A stretch of 64,000 bases of DNA from an uncultured virus (IMG/VR IMGVR_UViG_3300037467_002795) (IMGVR_UViG_3300037467_002795), one strand, 5' to 3'; shown: positions 19,806 through 30,162, counted from the first letter of the stretch. Made by a program: numbers and translations. Notes: generated by a model not told the origin, from the letters alone.

Positions 19806-21845
19806 ATGACATATGTCCCACTGCATTGTCATACAATGCTCTCCTTGCTCGACGGACTTTCCAAGCCCCACCAGGTGGCCGCTCGAACCCGGCATATTGG
19901 TGCTCCGGCTTGTGCAATCACTGACCACGGGAATGTTTCAGGGGTTCCGGCCTTTCAAAAGGCAATGTCGGCTGCTTGCAAGCACTGCGGAAACCAGCCC
20001 GACCGACACGCAGACGGCGGCAAGGGCCCGTGCGTACTCAAGGGAGTCGAATGCCCCGGCTACGAGAAGGCCCCGCTCAAAGCCATCCTGGGCGAAGAGT
20101 TCTATTTGTGCAAACAGAGCGCAACCCAGCGGGACAACGAGAACCGCTCGCTTTCGCACCTGTGTGTCCTGGCCAAGAACAAGGACGGCTGGCGGAATCT
20201 GGTCCAGGCGTCGACCGCGTCCAACCGGCCCGAGCATTATTATTACAAGCCGCGTCTGAGCCTCACCGAACTGGCGGCGTTCGCGAAGGGGAACTGGGTC
20301 ACCTTCAGTGGCCACCCCGGCTCGGACTTGGCCAACATCTGCTTTGCAGACCCCAAGGCCGCGTATGGGGCCCGGACTTACGAGGAGGCTCGCGGTTTCG
20401 TCAAGGACCAGCGGTCGCTCAAGAAGGACGTGACGGACTTGGCCGGGCTCTATCGGGAACTGTTCGGCCCCGACAACTTTTTCCTCGAAATTCAGCTGAT
20501 TGACCACCAGAACTGCCCGGCCGCCGGCATCGTCGCGAGCATCCTCCGGGACATCAGCCGCCGAACCGGCATCCCCTGTGTGGCCACTCCGGACGCTCAC
20601 TATCCCACCAAGGAAGATGCCAAGGACCAGCGAGTCCTTTTGTGCTCGGCTATCGACACGACGCTGGCCGAGGCCGAACGCAAGCTGGCGGCCGGCGAAG
20701 ATATCGGTCTGGGCGGCTTCTTCCGCTCGAACCGCTATCACATTCCGTCTTACGAGGAGATGGCTGAAGCAGGTCAGACAGCCGAGGAGTTGGCAAACAC
20801 GCTCCGAATCGCCGAGATGTGCGAGCCGTACGACATCTTGAAGCCGCCTCAACTTCCGCGGTTCGAATGTCCGGCAGGGAAGTCACCAGACCAGTACCTG
20901 CGGGAGATTTGCCGGGACGGCTGGAACCGGAAGGTCGAACCGCTGCTCGCGAGGGGACAGGGGAGTCGGGCAGAATACTCGGCCCGCATCCGGGAAGAAC
21001 TAGCGACGTTGACCGAGGTCGGGCTTGCCCCCTATTTCCTGATTGTCCGCGATTACAACAAGTACGCCCAGGAGGTGCTCGGGTGTCCGAAAGACCCGGG
21101 GCGGGGGTCGGCCGCCGGCTGCCTCGTCAGCTACCTGGCCGACATTACAGATACGGACCCCGTACTATATGAACTATCGTTTGTTAGATTTTTTAATAGA
21201 GGGAGGCACTCCCCCGAACACGGCCGGTACGCCATGCCCGACATCGACAGCGACTTTCCCTCGGGCAAACGGGACCAAATCATCGAGTATGTGCGGACCA
21301 AGTACGGGGACGAACACGTGGCCCAGATGGCGACGTTCGCCGAGCTCCAGGGCCGCGAGGCCATCACGGCGGTCTTGCGGGCTCACTCGTGGGGCTCGTT
21401 CGAGGACCGCAAAAAAGTCACGGCGGCCATCCCGGACAAGGCGGCCATCTCGGACGAACTCCAGGACATGATGGAAGAAGAAGGCGAGGCCTCGAGCATT
21501 CGCTGGACCCTCGAGAATAAACCCGACGCCCTCCGCGAATATTGCACGCTGAACGAAGACGGGACCCTGGAGGGGCCACTCGCCGCCCACTTCGAACAGG
21601 CGATGCGGCTGGAGGGTAACAAGAAGAGCCAGGGGCGGCACCCGTCCGGAATCGTCATCTCGCCGACCCCGCTCCGGGATGAGGTCCCGATGGTCTACGA
21701 CAAGAGCACCAAGCGGATGGTGACAGGGTTCGACATGCACGGGGTCGAGGCCGCCGGAATTCTCAAGTTCGACATTCTGGCAACACGCGCGTCCGATAAA
21801 ATTTTGGACGCCTGCGTCGGGGCCCGAACCGGGAGGGTTTCTTGA
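19806..21845 (+). CDS. dnaE: DNA polymerase III alpha, N-terminal half (PHP + palm/thumb)
   Basis: LHCHT..SLLDG, TDHG, DAHY, GRGSAAG, PDIDSD, HPSGIVIS, KFDIL. Confidence 0.92.
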   Translation: MTYVPLHCHTMLSLLDGLSKPHQVAARTRHIGAPACAITDHGNVSGVPAFQKAMSAACKHCGNQPDRHADGGKGPCVLKGVECPGYEKAPLKAILGEEFYLCKQSATQRDNENRSLSHLCVLAKNKDGWRNLVQASTASNRPEHYYYKPRLSLTELAAFAKGNWVTFSGHPGSDLANICFADPKAAYGARTYEEARGFVKDQRSLKKDVTDLAGLYRELFGPDNFFLEIQLIDHQNCPAAGIVASILRDISRRTGIPCVATPDAHYPTKEDAKDQRVLLCSAIDTTLAEAERKLAAGEDIGLGGFFRSNRYHIPSYEEMAEAGQTAEELANTLRIAEMCEPYDILKPPQLPRFECPAGKSPDQYLREICRDGWNRKVEPLLARGQGSRAEYSARIREELATLTEVGLAPYFLIVRDYNKYAQEVLGCPKDPGRGSAAGCLVSYLADITDTDPVLYELSFVRFFNRGRHSPEHGRYAMPDIDSDFPSGKRDQIIEYVRTKYGDEHVAQMATFAELQGREAITAVLRAHSWGSFEDRKKVTAAIPDKAAISDELQDMMEEEGEASSIRWTLENKPDALREYCTLNEDGTLEGPLAAHFEQAMRLEGNKKSQGRHPSGIVISPTPLRDEVPMVYDKSTKRMVTGFDMHGVEAAGILKFDILATRASDKILDACVGARTGRVS

Positions 21846-22402
21846 TGCACTCTTTGCCGGTTGTCAAAGAGGAAATCCTTGCCTGTCGCCGTTGTGAACT
21901 TCGCGGGGAGGATGAGCCGGTTCCCGGCCTCGGACCCGAAACCGCCTCCGTTATGGTTGTGGGCGACGGCCCGACCGGCGACGAAGGGTTGCTGGGTAGG
22001 CCGTTCGAGGAACGTTCCGGACTACTTCTAAAGAAAGTTATGCTTATGGCAGGCTTGCCTCACGAGCAGACCTACATGACGTTGCTGGTGCGATGCGGGG
22101 GTAAACCATCGGCTCCCTGTGTGAACCAGTGCAAGGGCTGGCTGTGGCAAGAAATGAGGGCCATGAGGCCCAAAGTTGTTGTCACACTGGGTCGATTGTC
22201 GACCACAGTTTTATCACGGTCCAAGACCGTCAAACTGGACGAGTTCGTCGGACGGTTTGTCCCGCTCGATTATTTGCCGGGAACTGTCTTGGCCCCCTGG
22301 TACAGTGCTTCGTTACTGGTTCAACGGGGTAAGGCCTTCGAATCCAAATGGGTTGAATTCTTTCGTTCTGTCAAGGAGCAGGCTCATGCGTTGGCTGCGT
22401 AA
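21845..22402 (+). CDS. Uracil-DNA glycosylase family 4-like
   Basis: CRRCEL, VVGDGP..E..GRPF, VRC, PKVVVTLG. Confidence 0.8.
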   Translation: MHSLPVVKEEILACRRCELRGEDEPVPGLGPETASVMVVGDGPTGDEGLLGRPFEERSGLLLKKVMLMAGLPHEQTYMTLLVRCGGKPSAPCVNQCKGWLWQEMRAMRPKVVVTLGRLSTTVLSRSKTVKLDEFVGRFVPLDYLPGTVLAPWYSASLLVQRGKAFESKWVEFFRSVKEQAHALAA

Positions 22403-22742
22403 ACTCCGTGCCCGATTTGCCGACCGGGTAGCCCGTGAAGACCTCGCCGATGCCATTCAAGAAGTTGAAGTCTTGGAGGACGAAAACAAAGCCTTGCGAG
22501 ACGCCCTCCGGAATAACCACGTGCAAATGTCCGAGGTCGTCGAAACACTCCACCAGATTATCGGGGCGGTCGTCCTCCAACAGGAAAAAGGTCAGCCCCT
22601 GGTCCTGTCGGGGGACCTGCTCGCCTCGGCCGCGTGCATGCCGGCGGTCGAACTGGAACAAGCCCAGGACGGGACTATGACCGTCTTTTTCCCCGGACAT
22701 ACCGAAAAAGACGAGAAGGAGTACCCTGCCGTATGCTGCTAG
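22386..22742 (+). CDS. Hypothetical coiled-coil protein
   Basis: Coupled ORF with AGGAG RBS. Confidence 0.5.
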   Translation: MRWLRKLRARFADRVAREDLADAIQEVEVLEDENKALRDALRNNHVQMSEVVETLHQIIGAVVLQQEKGQPLVLSGDLLASAACMPAVELEQAQDGTMTVFFPGHTEKDEKEYPAVCC

Positions 22743-23398
22743 AAAATCCTCTCGTCGTGTTCGACATGGAAACGAACGGCCTCGACATCGACACGTGCGA
22801 GTGCGTGGAAATCGCGTGCGTGGCCCTGGACCCGAACAAGCTCACAATTATTCCGGGTTCGGAGTTCGAATCACTGGCCCGACCAATCGACCTCGACACA
22901 GTCGACGACACGGACAAGAAGCGGGAGGCTTTGTCGGTCTCGGGCATTACGAAGGAGATGCTGAGAAACGCTCCGGTCCGACCGGCGGTCATCGACGGGT
23001 TTCTCAAACACATCAAGAAAATCACGGGCCGCAAGAAGGCGATTCCGTGTGGGTTCAACATTAGTTTGTTCGACCTCCCGCTTTTGAACCGGTTCTGTCG
23101 CGAGCAAAAGTTGGCGGACAAGGCCGGCAACAACCCGGTTTTCCGCGAAGGTGTCATTTTCGACTGGAAACATGACTTGTTCCGGTGGTGGTTTCAGGAC
23201 GAGAAAGGCCCAATCCCGTCCTTCGACGGCCTTCGGAAGTTTTTCGGCATGAGCCAAGAAGGGGCTCACCGGGCATATTTCGACTGTCTTCAGGAAGCAT
23301 GGGTGACCGTGAAGATGCTCACTCTTTACCAGTCGCTTCGGCCTCGCGTGCCGTTCGCCGGCTCGGCTAAAAACTGTGGAGGAGTTCTGCTCTCATGA
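22733..23398 (+). CDS. DEDDh 3'-5' exonuclease (DnaQ/epsilon-like)
   Basis: VFDMETNG, GFNISLFD, AHRAYFD. Confidence 0.88.
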   Translation: MLLENPLVVFDMETNGLDIDTCECVEIACVALDPNKLTIIPGSEFESLARPIDLDTVDDTDKKREALSVSGITKEMLRNAPVRPAVIDGFLKHIKKITGRKKAIPCGFNISLFDLPLLNRFCREQKLADKAGNNPVFREGVIFDWKHDLFRWWFQDEKGPIPSFDGLRKFFGMSQEGAHRAYFDCLQEAWVTVKMLTLYQSLRPRVPFAGSAKNCGGVLLS

Positions 23399-25005
23399 TG
23401 TACCGGTTTGAGTGTGGCTGCGAATTCCCGGTGACCGGGCCGCCACCTCGGCCCGGGGCCCCTCCGCTCATCGATATTGACCCCGACCACCTGCCCGACT
23501 GCAAGGCGGCATGGGCCATCTACGCAACCGGTCGAACCAAGGGTCTCTTTCAGGTCGAGGGCGGGACCGGTCGCAAGTGGAGCCCCATTTTGAAGCCCGA
23601 GAGTATCGAGCACTTGGGAGCTCTATTAGCGGTGATAAGGCCGGGTTGCCTTGAGGTTCAAATGGAAGATGGAATGACAGTTACCGAAAAATACTGTCGC
23701 CGGAAGAACGGCTTGGAGGCCCCGACCCCGTTTCATCCCGCTTTGGAAGAGGTGCTAAGGAAAACGTATGGCCTCATGCTCTACCAGGAGCAGATGACGA
23801 AAATTGCCGAAGTCCTGGCCGGGTTTGACTTGGTCGAGCAGGACATGCTGCGAAAAGCGGCCGGCAAGAAGGATATGGCCGCGATGGACAAGGTCGGGCT
23901 CCTGTTTGTCGAAAAAGCGGTCGCCAAGCGACTGGTCGGCAAGCAAGAAGCCGAAACCATATTCTCTAACATTCGTAAGTCTGGACGATACTTATTTAAT
24001 AAGAGCCACTCTATTTCTTATGCAAAGAAATCTTATCAGACGGCCTACCTGAAGACCCACATCTTGGGCTGGTTCTTTGCCTCGTGGCTGAAGAACGCCC
24101 AGGACGCGGCCGACTCCCAAGAAGAAGTTCTCGAACTGGTCGAAAACGCCAGGCAGTACGAGCTCGAAGTGCTGGTCCCGGACGTGCGAACCCTGTCCAC
24201 CACAATTTCTTCGGACGGACTCTCGGTCCGGTTCGGACTGGCGGACGTGAAGGGGGTCGGGCCGTCACAGCCCCAAAAGCTATCCGAGGCGTTCCCGGAC
24301 GGCTTCGGCGGCTGGACCTGGCCCGATTTTCTGTACAGGGCGGCCGACACGGTGGCCTCAACCGCAATGCGCGCTTGGGTCGGGGCCGGGGCGTTCGACT
24401 GGACCGGCGTGACCCGAACCCGGATGGGCAAGGAATTCGATGCCTGGTTGGAGTTGACGGACATCGAGAAAGAATGGGTGCGGAGCAAAGCTCCGGGCAC
24501 GACTCTCGTGGAAGCTCTGAAAAGCCTTGGTCGAACTCGCAAAGAAGGCGGCGGGTGCTCGAACCACAAGCGGGCCGACCTGGTCCGGTCCCTGGCCCTG
24601 ATGCTCGAGAACCAGGCCTCGTCCGATGCGGACCACCCGAACTTGCTCTGCGCGATGGAAGAGTCGTACCTGGGAGTCGCCCTGACCTGTTCCCGGGTCG
24701 ACGGGTGCGACGTGTCGTCGGCCAACGTGACGTGCGGGGAGTTTCTGGCGGGTAAGGCCGGGCACCTGATGCTGGCGTGCGAGGTAAAAGATGTCCGGAT
24801 AATCCGGACGAAGAAAGACGGGCGAGAGATGGCGTTCGTGACGGTGGCGGACCGTACCGCTTCCCTGCCGGATGTCGTCGTATTCCCCGACACATGGGCG
24901 AAGTTCGGGCGACTGTTCCGGGCTAAAAACACGGTTCTGCTGGAGGGGGAGCGGGACTACAAAAAGGGTGTTTCGTTCATTGTGAACCGCGCTATTCAAC
25001 TTTGA
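23395..25005 (+). CDS. dnaE: DNA polymerase III alpha, C-terminal half (fingers, HhH, OB)
   Basis: GLFQVE, IRPG, YQEQM, LRKAAGKK, YLFNKSH, GLADVKGVG, MAFVTVAD...VVFP. Confidence 0.92.
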   Translation: MMYRFECGCEFPVTGPPPRPGAPPLIDIDPDHLPDCKAAWAIYATGRTKGLFQVEGGTGRKWSPILKPESIEHLGALLAVIRPGCLEVQMEDGMTVTEKYCRRKNGLEAPTPFHPALEEVLRKTYGLMLYQEQMTKIAEVLAGFDLVEQDMLRKAAGKKDMAAMDKVGLLFVEKAVAKRLVGKQEAETIFSNIRKSGRYLFNKSHSISYAKKSYQTAYLKTHILGWFFASWLKNAQDAADSQEEVLELVENARQYELEVLVPDVRTLSTTISSDGLSVRFGLADVKGVGPSQPQKLSEAFPDGFGGWTWPDFLYRAADTVASTAMRAWVGAGAFDWTGVTRTRMGKEFDAWLELTDIEKEWVRSKAPGTTLVEALKSLGRTRKEGGGCSNHKRADLVRSLALMLENQASSDADHPNLLCAMEESYLGVALTCSRVDGCDVSSANVTCGEFLAGKAGHLMLACEVKDVRIIRTKKDGREMAFVTVADRTASLPDVVVFPDTWAKFGRLFRAKNTVLLEGERDYKKGVSFIVNRAIQL

Positions 25006-25017
25006 AAGTGACTATTT

Positions 25018-25299
25018 ATGAAAGTCGAAAACGTAATACGCATGGCTCTTTATGAGGCTGGCTTCGGCCAAGACGAAGGCGAGAAACTGCTCGAAGAGTT
25101 CGCGAAACTCGACCAATTCCGTGAGAGGCTCGATTATCTCCGTCAACGTAAGCTGGAAATCGACGAAGAGCGGAATAGGGCCTTGATGGTTCTCGAAGCA
25201 GAAATCGCAAAAGTTCAAAGTGAGTGCCCCCATCCGTCATTGGCACTGAACCGTTTTCAGGACGGGACGGAGTGTACGCTTTGTTGTCGAGTTTGGTAG
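25018..25299 (+). CDS. Hypothetical coiled-coil/Zn protein
   Basis: CPH...CTLC. Confidence 0.5.
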   Translation: MKVENVIRMALYEAGFGQDEGEKLLEEFAKLDQFRERLDYLRQRKLEIDEERNRALMVLEAEIAKVQSECPHPSLALNRFQDGTECTLCCRVW

Positions 25300-25380
25300 G
25301 TAGTATTAATTACAGGGCTGGCCCGAACATGATTCAGGCTATCGCTCTGGTAGGTATTATTTATTAACGAGGAGGATTGC

Positions 25381-25971
25381 ATGGCGTCTTACAACAAAGT
25401 TTTGCTGATTGGTCGTCTGACGGCGGACCCGGACGCCCCTCGGACGCTCCCAGGCGGCAGTTCGGTCATCAAGTGGCGATTCGCGGTCGGCCGCAGTCGA
25501 AAGAACCCACAGACGGGAGAGTGGGAGAACGACCCGAATCCCCTGTATGTGGACTGCGAGGCCTACTCGCGAGCGGAGGGTAGCCGAAACCTGGTCGACG
25601 TGATTGGGCAGTGGGCCAAGAAGGGGTCCGAACTACTCGTCGAGGGCCGACTCCAGCTCGACACCTGGGACGACAAGCAGAGCGGGCAGAAACGGTCCAA
25701 GCACAAGGTCGTGGTGGAGAACGTGGAGTTCCTGGGTGGTGGTGGCTCCGCCTCTCCTGGCGGCTCCTCGGATGTCCCCGCGAATTCGGGAGGGTCTTCT
25801 GGCTCCCAAGAAGGCGAATCTCCGGCGGTCGGCGGAGCCGACGCACAGTCGGTGAAGACCCGGGCTTCCAAGGGCGGTCGTAAGCCGGCCAAGTCTGCGG
25901 CTCCAGTCGCTCCCCCTCCCCCGCCTGATGAGGATGGCGGCGACGGTCATAATGACGACATTCCCTTCTAA
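25381..25971 (+). CDS. ssb: Single-stranded DNA-binding protein
   Basis: NKVLLIGRLTADP, KGSELLVEGRL, C-terminal DDIPF; GAGGAGG RBS. Confidence 0.95.
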   Translation: MASYNKVLLIGRLTADPDAPRTLPGGSSVIKWRFAVGRSRKNPQTGEWENDPNPLYVDCEAYSRAEGSRNLVDVIGQWAKKGSELLVEGRLQLDTWDDKQSGQKRSKHKVVVENVEFLGGGGSASPGGSSDVPANSGGSSGSQEGESPAVGGADAQSVKTRASKGGRKPAKSAAPVAPPPPPDEDGGDGHNDDIPF

Positions 25972-25981
25972 GGAGCAAAGC

Positions 25982-26341
25982 ATGAACACCATTAATAAGG
26001 AACGATTGCTGACGTTGGCCGACCGGCTCGACACGGTTCCGCCGCATGATTTCAGCCTCGGTAAGTGGGTCGAACGGCCCGCGGATTCCAAGTGTGGGTT
26101 CGCCGGGTGTGCCGTGGGCTGGGCCGGCACCATCGACGAGTTCAACCGGGACGGATTCAAGTTCGGCCCGGGTGGGTTTCATGTGGTGTACGGCCAGTCA
26201 CAGAATTGGCGGGCCGTAACCGAATTTTTCGGACTCGAATTCCACCAGGCCGAGTATTTATTCGATGTGGGGCGGTATTTGAACGGTCGCCACACAACTC
26301 CTGGTGAGGTGGCGTCGAGGATTCGTGCGGCCGTGGCATAA
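25982..26341 (+). CDS. Hypothetical phage protein (CGFAGCAVGW)
   Basis: AAGGAG RBS; Cys-Trp motif of the type seen in small phage proteins. Confidence 0.6.
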   Translation: MNTINKERLLTLADRLDTVPPHDFSLGKWVERPADSKCGFAGCAVGWAGTIDEFNRDGFKFGPGGFHVVYGQSQNWRAVTEFFGLEFHQAEYLFDVGRYLNGRHTTPGEVASRIRAAVA

Positions 26342-26357
26342 CCACAAGGAGGTTCTG

Positions 26358-26576
26358 GTGACGGATAAGAACGATGCGGTCGAACGATTTCGGTCGACTC
26401 CCAATCACAAGGTAAAGTTACCGGACGCCGTACATGTTTTGGCGGCGGTGAATCCTCCGGTCGTCCCGGCCGAAACGCAGCCGGTGGTGAAGGCAGTCGA
26501 AAAGCCAAAGGGTGAGACTATCGTCACGAAAGTGACCGAGGGGCCAAAAACCGAGACCAGCAAGGTAGAAAAGTGA
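26358..26576 (+). CDS. Hypothetical protein
   Basis: AAGGAGG RBS before GTG. Confidence 0.45.
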   Translation: MTDKNDAVERFRSTPNHKVKLPDAVHVLAAVNPPVVPAETQPVVKAVEKPKGETIVTKVTEGPKTETSKVEK

Positions 26577-26655
26577 CGGGACGGCGAGGGTGGTCATGTG
26601 GCCTTCCTCGTCGTCTTTTTTGGAGCCCACCTCTTTTCCTGCCGGAATTTCGAAC

Positions 26656-28359
26656 GTGCGTAAGCCGAGAGTCTTGGTGGCCGGTGAAAGTTCGTTCTTA
26701 AATTCTGGTTTTGCGACCTACGGTTACGAACTTCTCAAGCGATTGCACGCGACCGACCTGTTCGACCTGACCGAGTTCGGGTCGTTCGGCCAGTTCGACG
26801 ATGTGCGGGCTTTAGACCTGCCCTGGCGATTCATCTCCGCACTTCCCGACCCCGACAAGCCGGACGAAGTCGCCCGGTACGAATCGAACCCCCTCTACAA
26901 GTTCGGGGCATGGAAACTTGAAGAAGCCTTGCTCAATGTTAAGCCCGATATAGTCTTATCATGGCGCGATTTTTGGATGGATGAATGTATTTTTAGGTCT
27001 CCATTTCGCAAGTTTTATCATTATAGTCATATGCCGACTGTTGACGCGGCTCCGCTCAACCTACAGTGGGTAGCGTCTTATTTAGAAGCCGACGCGGTTT
27101 TTGCTTACACGGACTGGGGTCTGGAGACCCTCCGGCAGGAAGGTGGGGGCCGCATCAAGACGAAGTGTTCCGCCCCCCCGGGTGCCGACACGGAGGTCTT
27201 CCGCCCGCGGGGCGACCGCGAGAGCCTCAAACGGCTCATCGGACTTCCGGAAGGAGCTTTGGTCGTCGGGACTGTCATGCGGAATATGAAAAGGAAATTG
27301 TACCCGGACCTGTGCGAGGCATTCGCGATGTTCCTCCGCGAGGCCCCCGAGGACATCCGGAACCGAACTTATCTCTACCTGCACACCTGCTACCCGGACC
27401 TGGGCGGCTGGGACATCCCCCGGCTCATCAAGGACAACGGCATTGGCCACCGGGTCCTCGTCACCTACATTTGCCGGTCGTGCGGCGAGGCTTTCCCCTG
27501 CCCGTTCTCGGACGCCTTGACCCACTGTAGAAGTTGCGGCAAGTCGACCGCGGTCATGCCGGATTCGGGAGCCGGGGTCTCGCGGGAGACGCTGTCGAAA
27601 ATTTATAATATATTCGACTGTTATGTCCAATATTCAAGCAATGAAGGCATGGGTATGCCGGCTGTCGAGGCGGCGGCATGCGAAGTCCCCGTAATGGAAG
27701 TCGACTACAGCGCGATGTCGGATGTTGTCCGCAAACTCCACGGCGTACCCATCAAGGTCCAGCGGTTCTACCGAGAGGCCGAGACCTACCGGTTGTTCGC
27801 AATGCCTGACCAGGACGACTTCGTTTCGAAGTTGTCTCACCTCCTTTCCCTACCGGAAGTCATCCGTCGTCGCATGGGCTGGCAGGCCCGAAAGGGAGTG
27901 CTCGAGCACTACACGTACGACCGGACCGCCAAAATTTGGGCCGACCACCTGCTGAGCGTGCCGCTCCGCGACCATTCGGTCACCTGGGACAGTCCGCCCC
28001 GCTATCACGAACCGAACACACGAATCCCCGATGGCCTCTCGAACGAGGAGTGGGTTCGCTGGTGTTTCGTGAACGTACTCGGGCGGCCAGATTTGGTCGA
28101 TTCGTACGCCGCCGTGCGGATGACACGAGACCTGAACTGGCGGACGACAACCGGTGGGATGGGTGGCTTTATCTATAACGACGCCTCGGCTTTAGGGCTC
28201 GAAGTGGAGACCCGCCGGACGGCCTTCGACCGACAAGCGGCCCTGGACCAGATGTTGAACACCGTCGGCGAGTGGAATTACTGGGAGCGTCGTCGGTGTA
28301 TGTTCCGACAGACCGACTCTGTCGGCGTGAGCTCCGCTCACTCGGAGGTCCGGATTTGA
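26656..28359 (+). CDS. GT4 glycosyltransferase with an internal zinc ribbon
   Basis: SGFATYG, VMRNMKRK, YLYLHT, CRSC..CRSC, YNIFD..SNEGMGMPAVEAAAC. Confidence 0.88.
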   Translation: MRKPRVLVAGESSFLNSGFATYGYELLKRLHATDLFDLTEFGSFGQFDDVRALDLPWRFISALPDPDKPDEVARYESNPLYKFGAWKLEEALLNVKPDIVLSWRDFWMDECIFRSPFRKFYHYSHMPTVDAAPLNLQWVASYLEADAVFAYTDWGLETLRQEGGGRIKTKCSAPPGADTEVFRPRGDRESLKRLIGLPEGALVVGTVMRNMKRKLYPDLCEAFAMFLREAPEDIRNRTYLYLHTCYPDLGGWDIPRLIKDNGIGHRVLVTYICRSCGEAFPCPFSDALTHCRSCGKSTAVMPDSGAGVSRETLSKIYNIFDCYVQYSSNEGMGMPAVEAAACEVPVMEVDYSAMSDVVRKLHGVPIKVQRFYREAETYRLFAMPDQDDFVSKLSHLLSLPEVIRRRMGWQARKGVLEHYTYDRTAKIWADHLLSVPLRDHSVTWDSPPRYHEPNTRIPDGLSNEEWVRWCFVNVLGRPDLVDSYAAVRMTRDLNWRTTTGGMGGFIYNDASALGLEVETRRTAFDRQAALDQMLNTVGEWNYWERRRCMFRQTDSVGVSSAHSEVRI

Positions 28360-29510
28360 AAATCCTCGTCACTGGTGTGTTCACCGAACCGACCGGCTTC
28401 GGCCACGCGGTCCGCGAAACCATCCTAAGTCTCGACAGTGCCGGGGCCGATGTCGCCTGTCGCCCCATCCAGTTCACACCCAATCTTCCGGTCACCCACC
28501 CCCGCCTCCAGGAACTGTGCCGCAAGAGTTTCCCGGGCGGCTCGGATGTGCTCCTTCAGTACATGCCGCCGTACTGCCACCAGTACCACGCCAAGGGCGG
28601 CCTGAACGTCGGCAGTTTTTTCGCCGAAACCGAGCCAGTGCCTGGCTCGTGGGCTTCGCGAGCTAATCTGCTCGACCTGCAAGTGGTGCCGTGCCGGGAC
28701 CAGGCGGATGCCCTGCGAGCGTCCCCGCACTACCGGAAGCCCGTCGAGGTCGTCGGCTTGCCGTCCGACGTCAGTAAGTTTGACCGCCAGTATCCGGTGC
28801 CAAAGGCCATCGAGGGATTCAAGCGGGGCCGGTTCCTCTTTTACACGGTCGGCGAGTACGTCAAGCGGAAAGGGTTCTCGCTGCTCGTCCGGGCCTTCGT
28901 TCAGGAATTTCGCCTTGGCGAACCGGTCGGTCTCGTCCTTAAGGTTTCCAAGGAGCGGATGATGGCCGCCGAGCTTGTCAAGGGCGTGACGGGTGACGTC
29001 GAGGCCATCAAAGCCGGGTGCGGGCTGACCCGGACACCCCCCGTTCTGGTCTTGGGCGAGCGACTGAGCGAGGACGAATTGTGCGGCCTGCACCAGGCCT
29101 GCGACGTGTTCGTGCAGCCCTCCCACGCCGAAAGCTGGTCTTATCCCTCCTTCGACGCGATGGGTTTCGGCAAGACCCCCATTGTGACGGACTGGGGCGG
29201 GTTCCGCGAGTACGTCGACACCACCACAGGCTACCCCCTCTCCTGCCGGAAAGAACCGGTGTTCGGCGAAGGTCGGGTCCACGCCGAGTTGTTCACCGGT
29301 CGGGCCACCTGGGCCGCACCGGACCTGTTGGACATCCAGACGAAAATGCGCGAGGCGTACACGGATGCCGTGGGTCGGGCTGCCAAGGCAGCCAGTGGCC
29401 GGCTCCGGGTCCGCGAGTTCGACCACGGGCACATTGGTGCCCGGCTGTTGAAGGTGTTCGAAGATGCGCAAAAGTGTCGAGCTGAAAGACTGGGTTCGGG
29501 AACGCGATAA
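28356..29510 (+). CDS. GT4 glycosyltransferase
   Basis: TGFGHA, FYTVGEYVKRKG, DVFVQPSHAESWSYPSFDAMGFGK. Confidence 0.88.
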   Translation: MKILVTGVFTEPTGFGHAVRETILSLDSAGADVACRPIQFTPNLPVTHPRLQELCRKSFPGGSDVLLQYMPPYCHQYHAKGGLNVGSFFAETEPVPGSWASRANLLDLQVVPCRDQADALRASPHYRKPVEVVGLPSDVSKFDRQYPVPKAIEGFKRGRFLFYTVGEYVKRKGFSLLVRAFVQEFRLGEPVGLVLKVSKERMMAAELVKGVTGDVEAIKAGCGLTRTPPVLVLGERLSEDELCGLHQACDVFVQPSHAESWSYPSFDAMGFGKTPIVTDWGGFREYVDTTTGYPLSCRKEPVFGEGRVHAELFTGRATWAAPDLLDIQTKMREAYTDAVGRAAKAASGRLRVREFDHGHIGARLLKVFEDAQKCRAERLGSGTR

Positions 29511-30162
29511 GGATGTCGAGAGCCGCATCCAGCAGACCCGTCAGCTCAAGCCGCTCACGAAGAACCAGGCCGTTTACGCGGATGCCATTCGCAAGCACAC
29601 CGTCACGATTGCCGCCGGCCCGCCGGGCTCGGGCAAGACCTATATCCCCTGCGGTATTGCCGCCAAGATGCTGCAAGCGGGCGAGGTCGAGCGAATCGTC
29701 GTGGCCCGGCCGCTCATTCAGTGCGACGAAGAATTGGGCATTTTGCCCGGCGACCTGAACGAGAAAGTATCCCCTTTCCTGGCTCCCGTCTTCGACGCCT
29801 TCGGTGATTTTTTCGAGCAGAAGGACCTTCAGCGTCTGGAGTTCGAGAACAAGCTGGTCGTGTGCCCGCTCGCGGTCATGCGGGGGCGGACTTTCAAGAA
29901 TTCGTTCGTGATACTGGACGAGGCCTCGAACGCCACGGCCGGTCAACTCCGGATGTTTTTGACCCGGTTCGGGGTCGGGAGCAAGGTGGTGGTGTCGGGA
30001 GACATTTTTCAAAGCGACCTGACCCCCGGGAAGATGCCCCCACTGTTGGATGTCATGAAGAGGTTGCGGGGACACAAGGATATCGCGGTTGTTCAACTGA
30101 CCGACGCCGACGTGGTGCGACACCCGCTCATTAGCTTCATCGACGAGCGCCTTCACGGATAG
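29464..30162 (+). CDS. phoH: PhoH-family ATPase
   Basis: GPPGSGKT, LGILPGDL.EK, MRGRTF, ILDEA, LTRFG, GD..QSD, VVRHPL. Confidence 0.93.
   Translation: MRKSVELKDWVRERDKDVESRIQQTRQLKPLTKNQAVYADAIRKHTVTIAAGPPGSGKTYIPCGIAAKMLQAGEVERIVVARPLIQCDEELGILPGDLNEKVSPFLAPVFDAFGDFFEQKDLQRLEFENKLVVCPLAVMRGRTFKNSFVILDEASNATAGQLRMFLTRFGVGSKVVVSGDIFQSDLTPGKMPPLLDVMKRLRGHKDIAVVQLTDADVVRHPLISFIDERLHG

Noticed and set aside
21780..23460. Split intein or group I intron at the dnaE break
   Set aside because: No intein N- or C-terminal motifs (no HN-C/S/T junction), and the gap is filled by coupled protein-coding genes.
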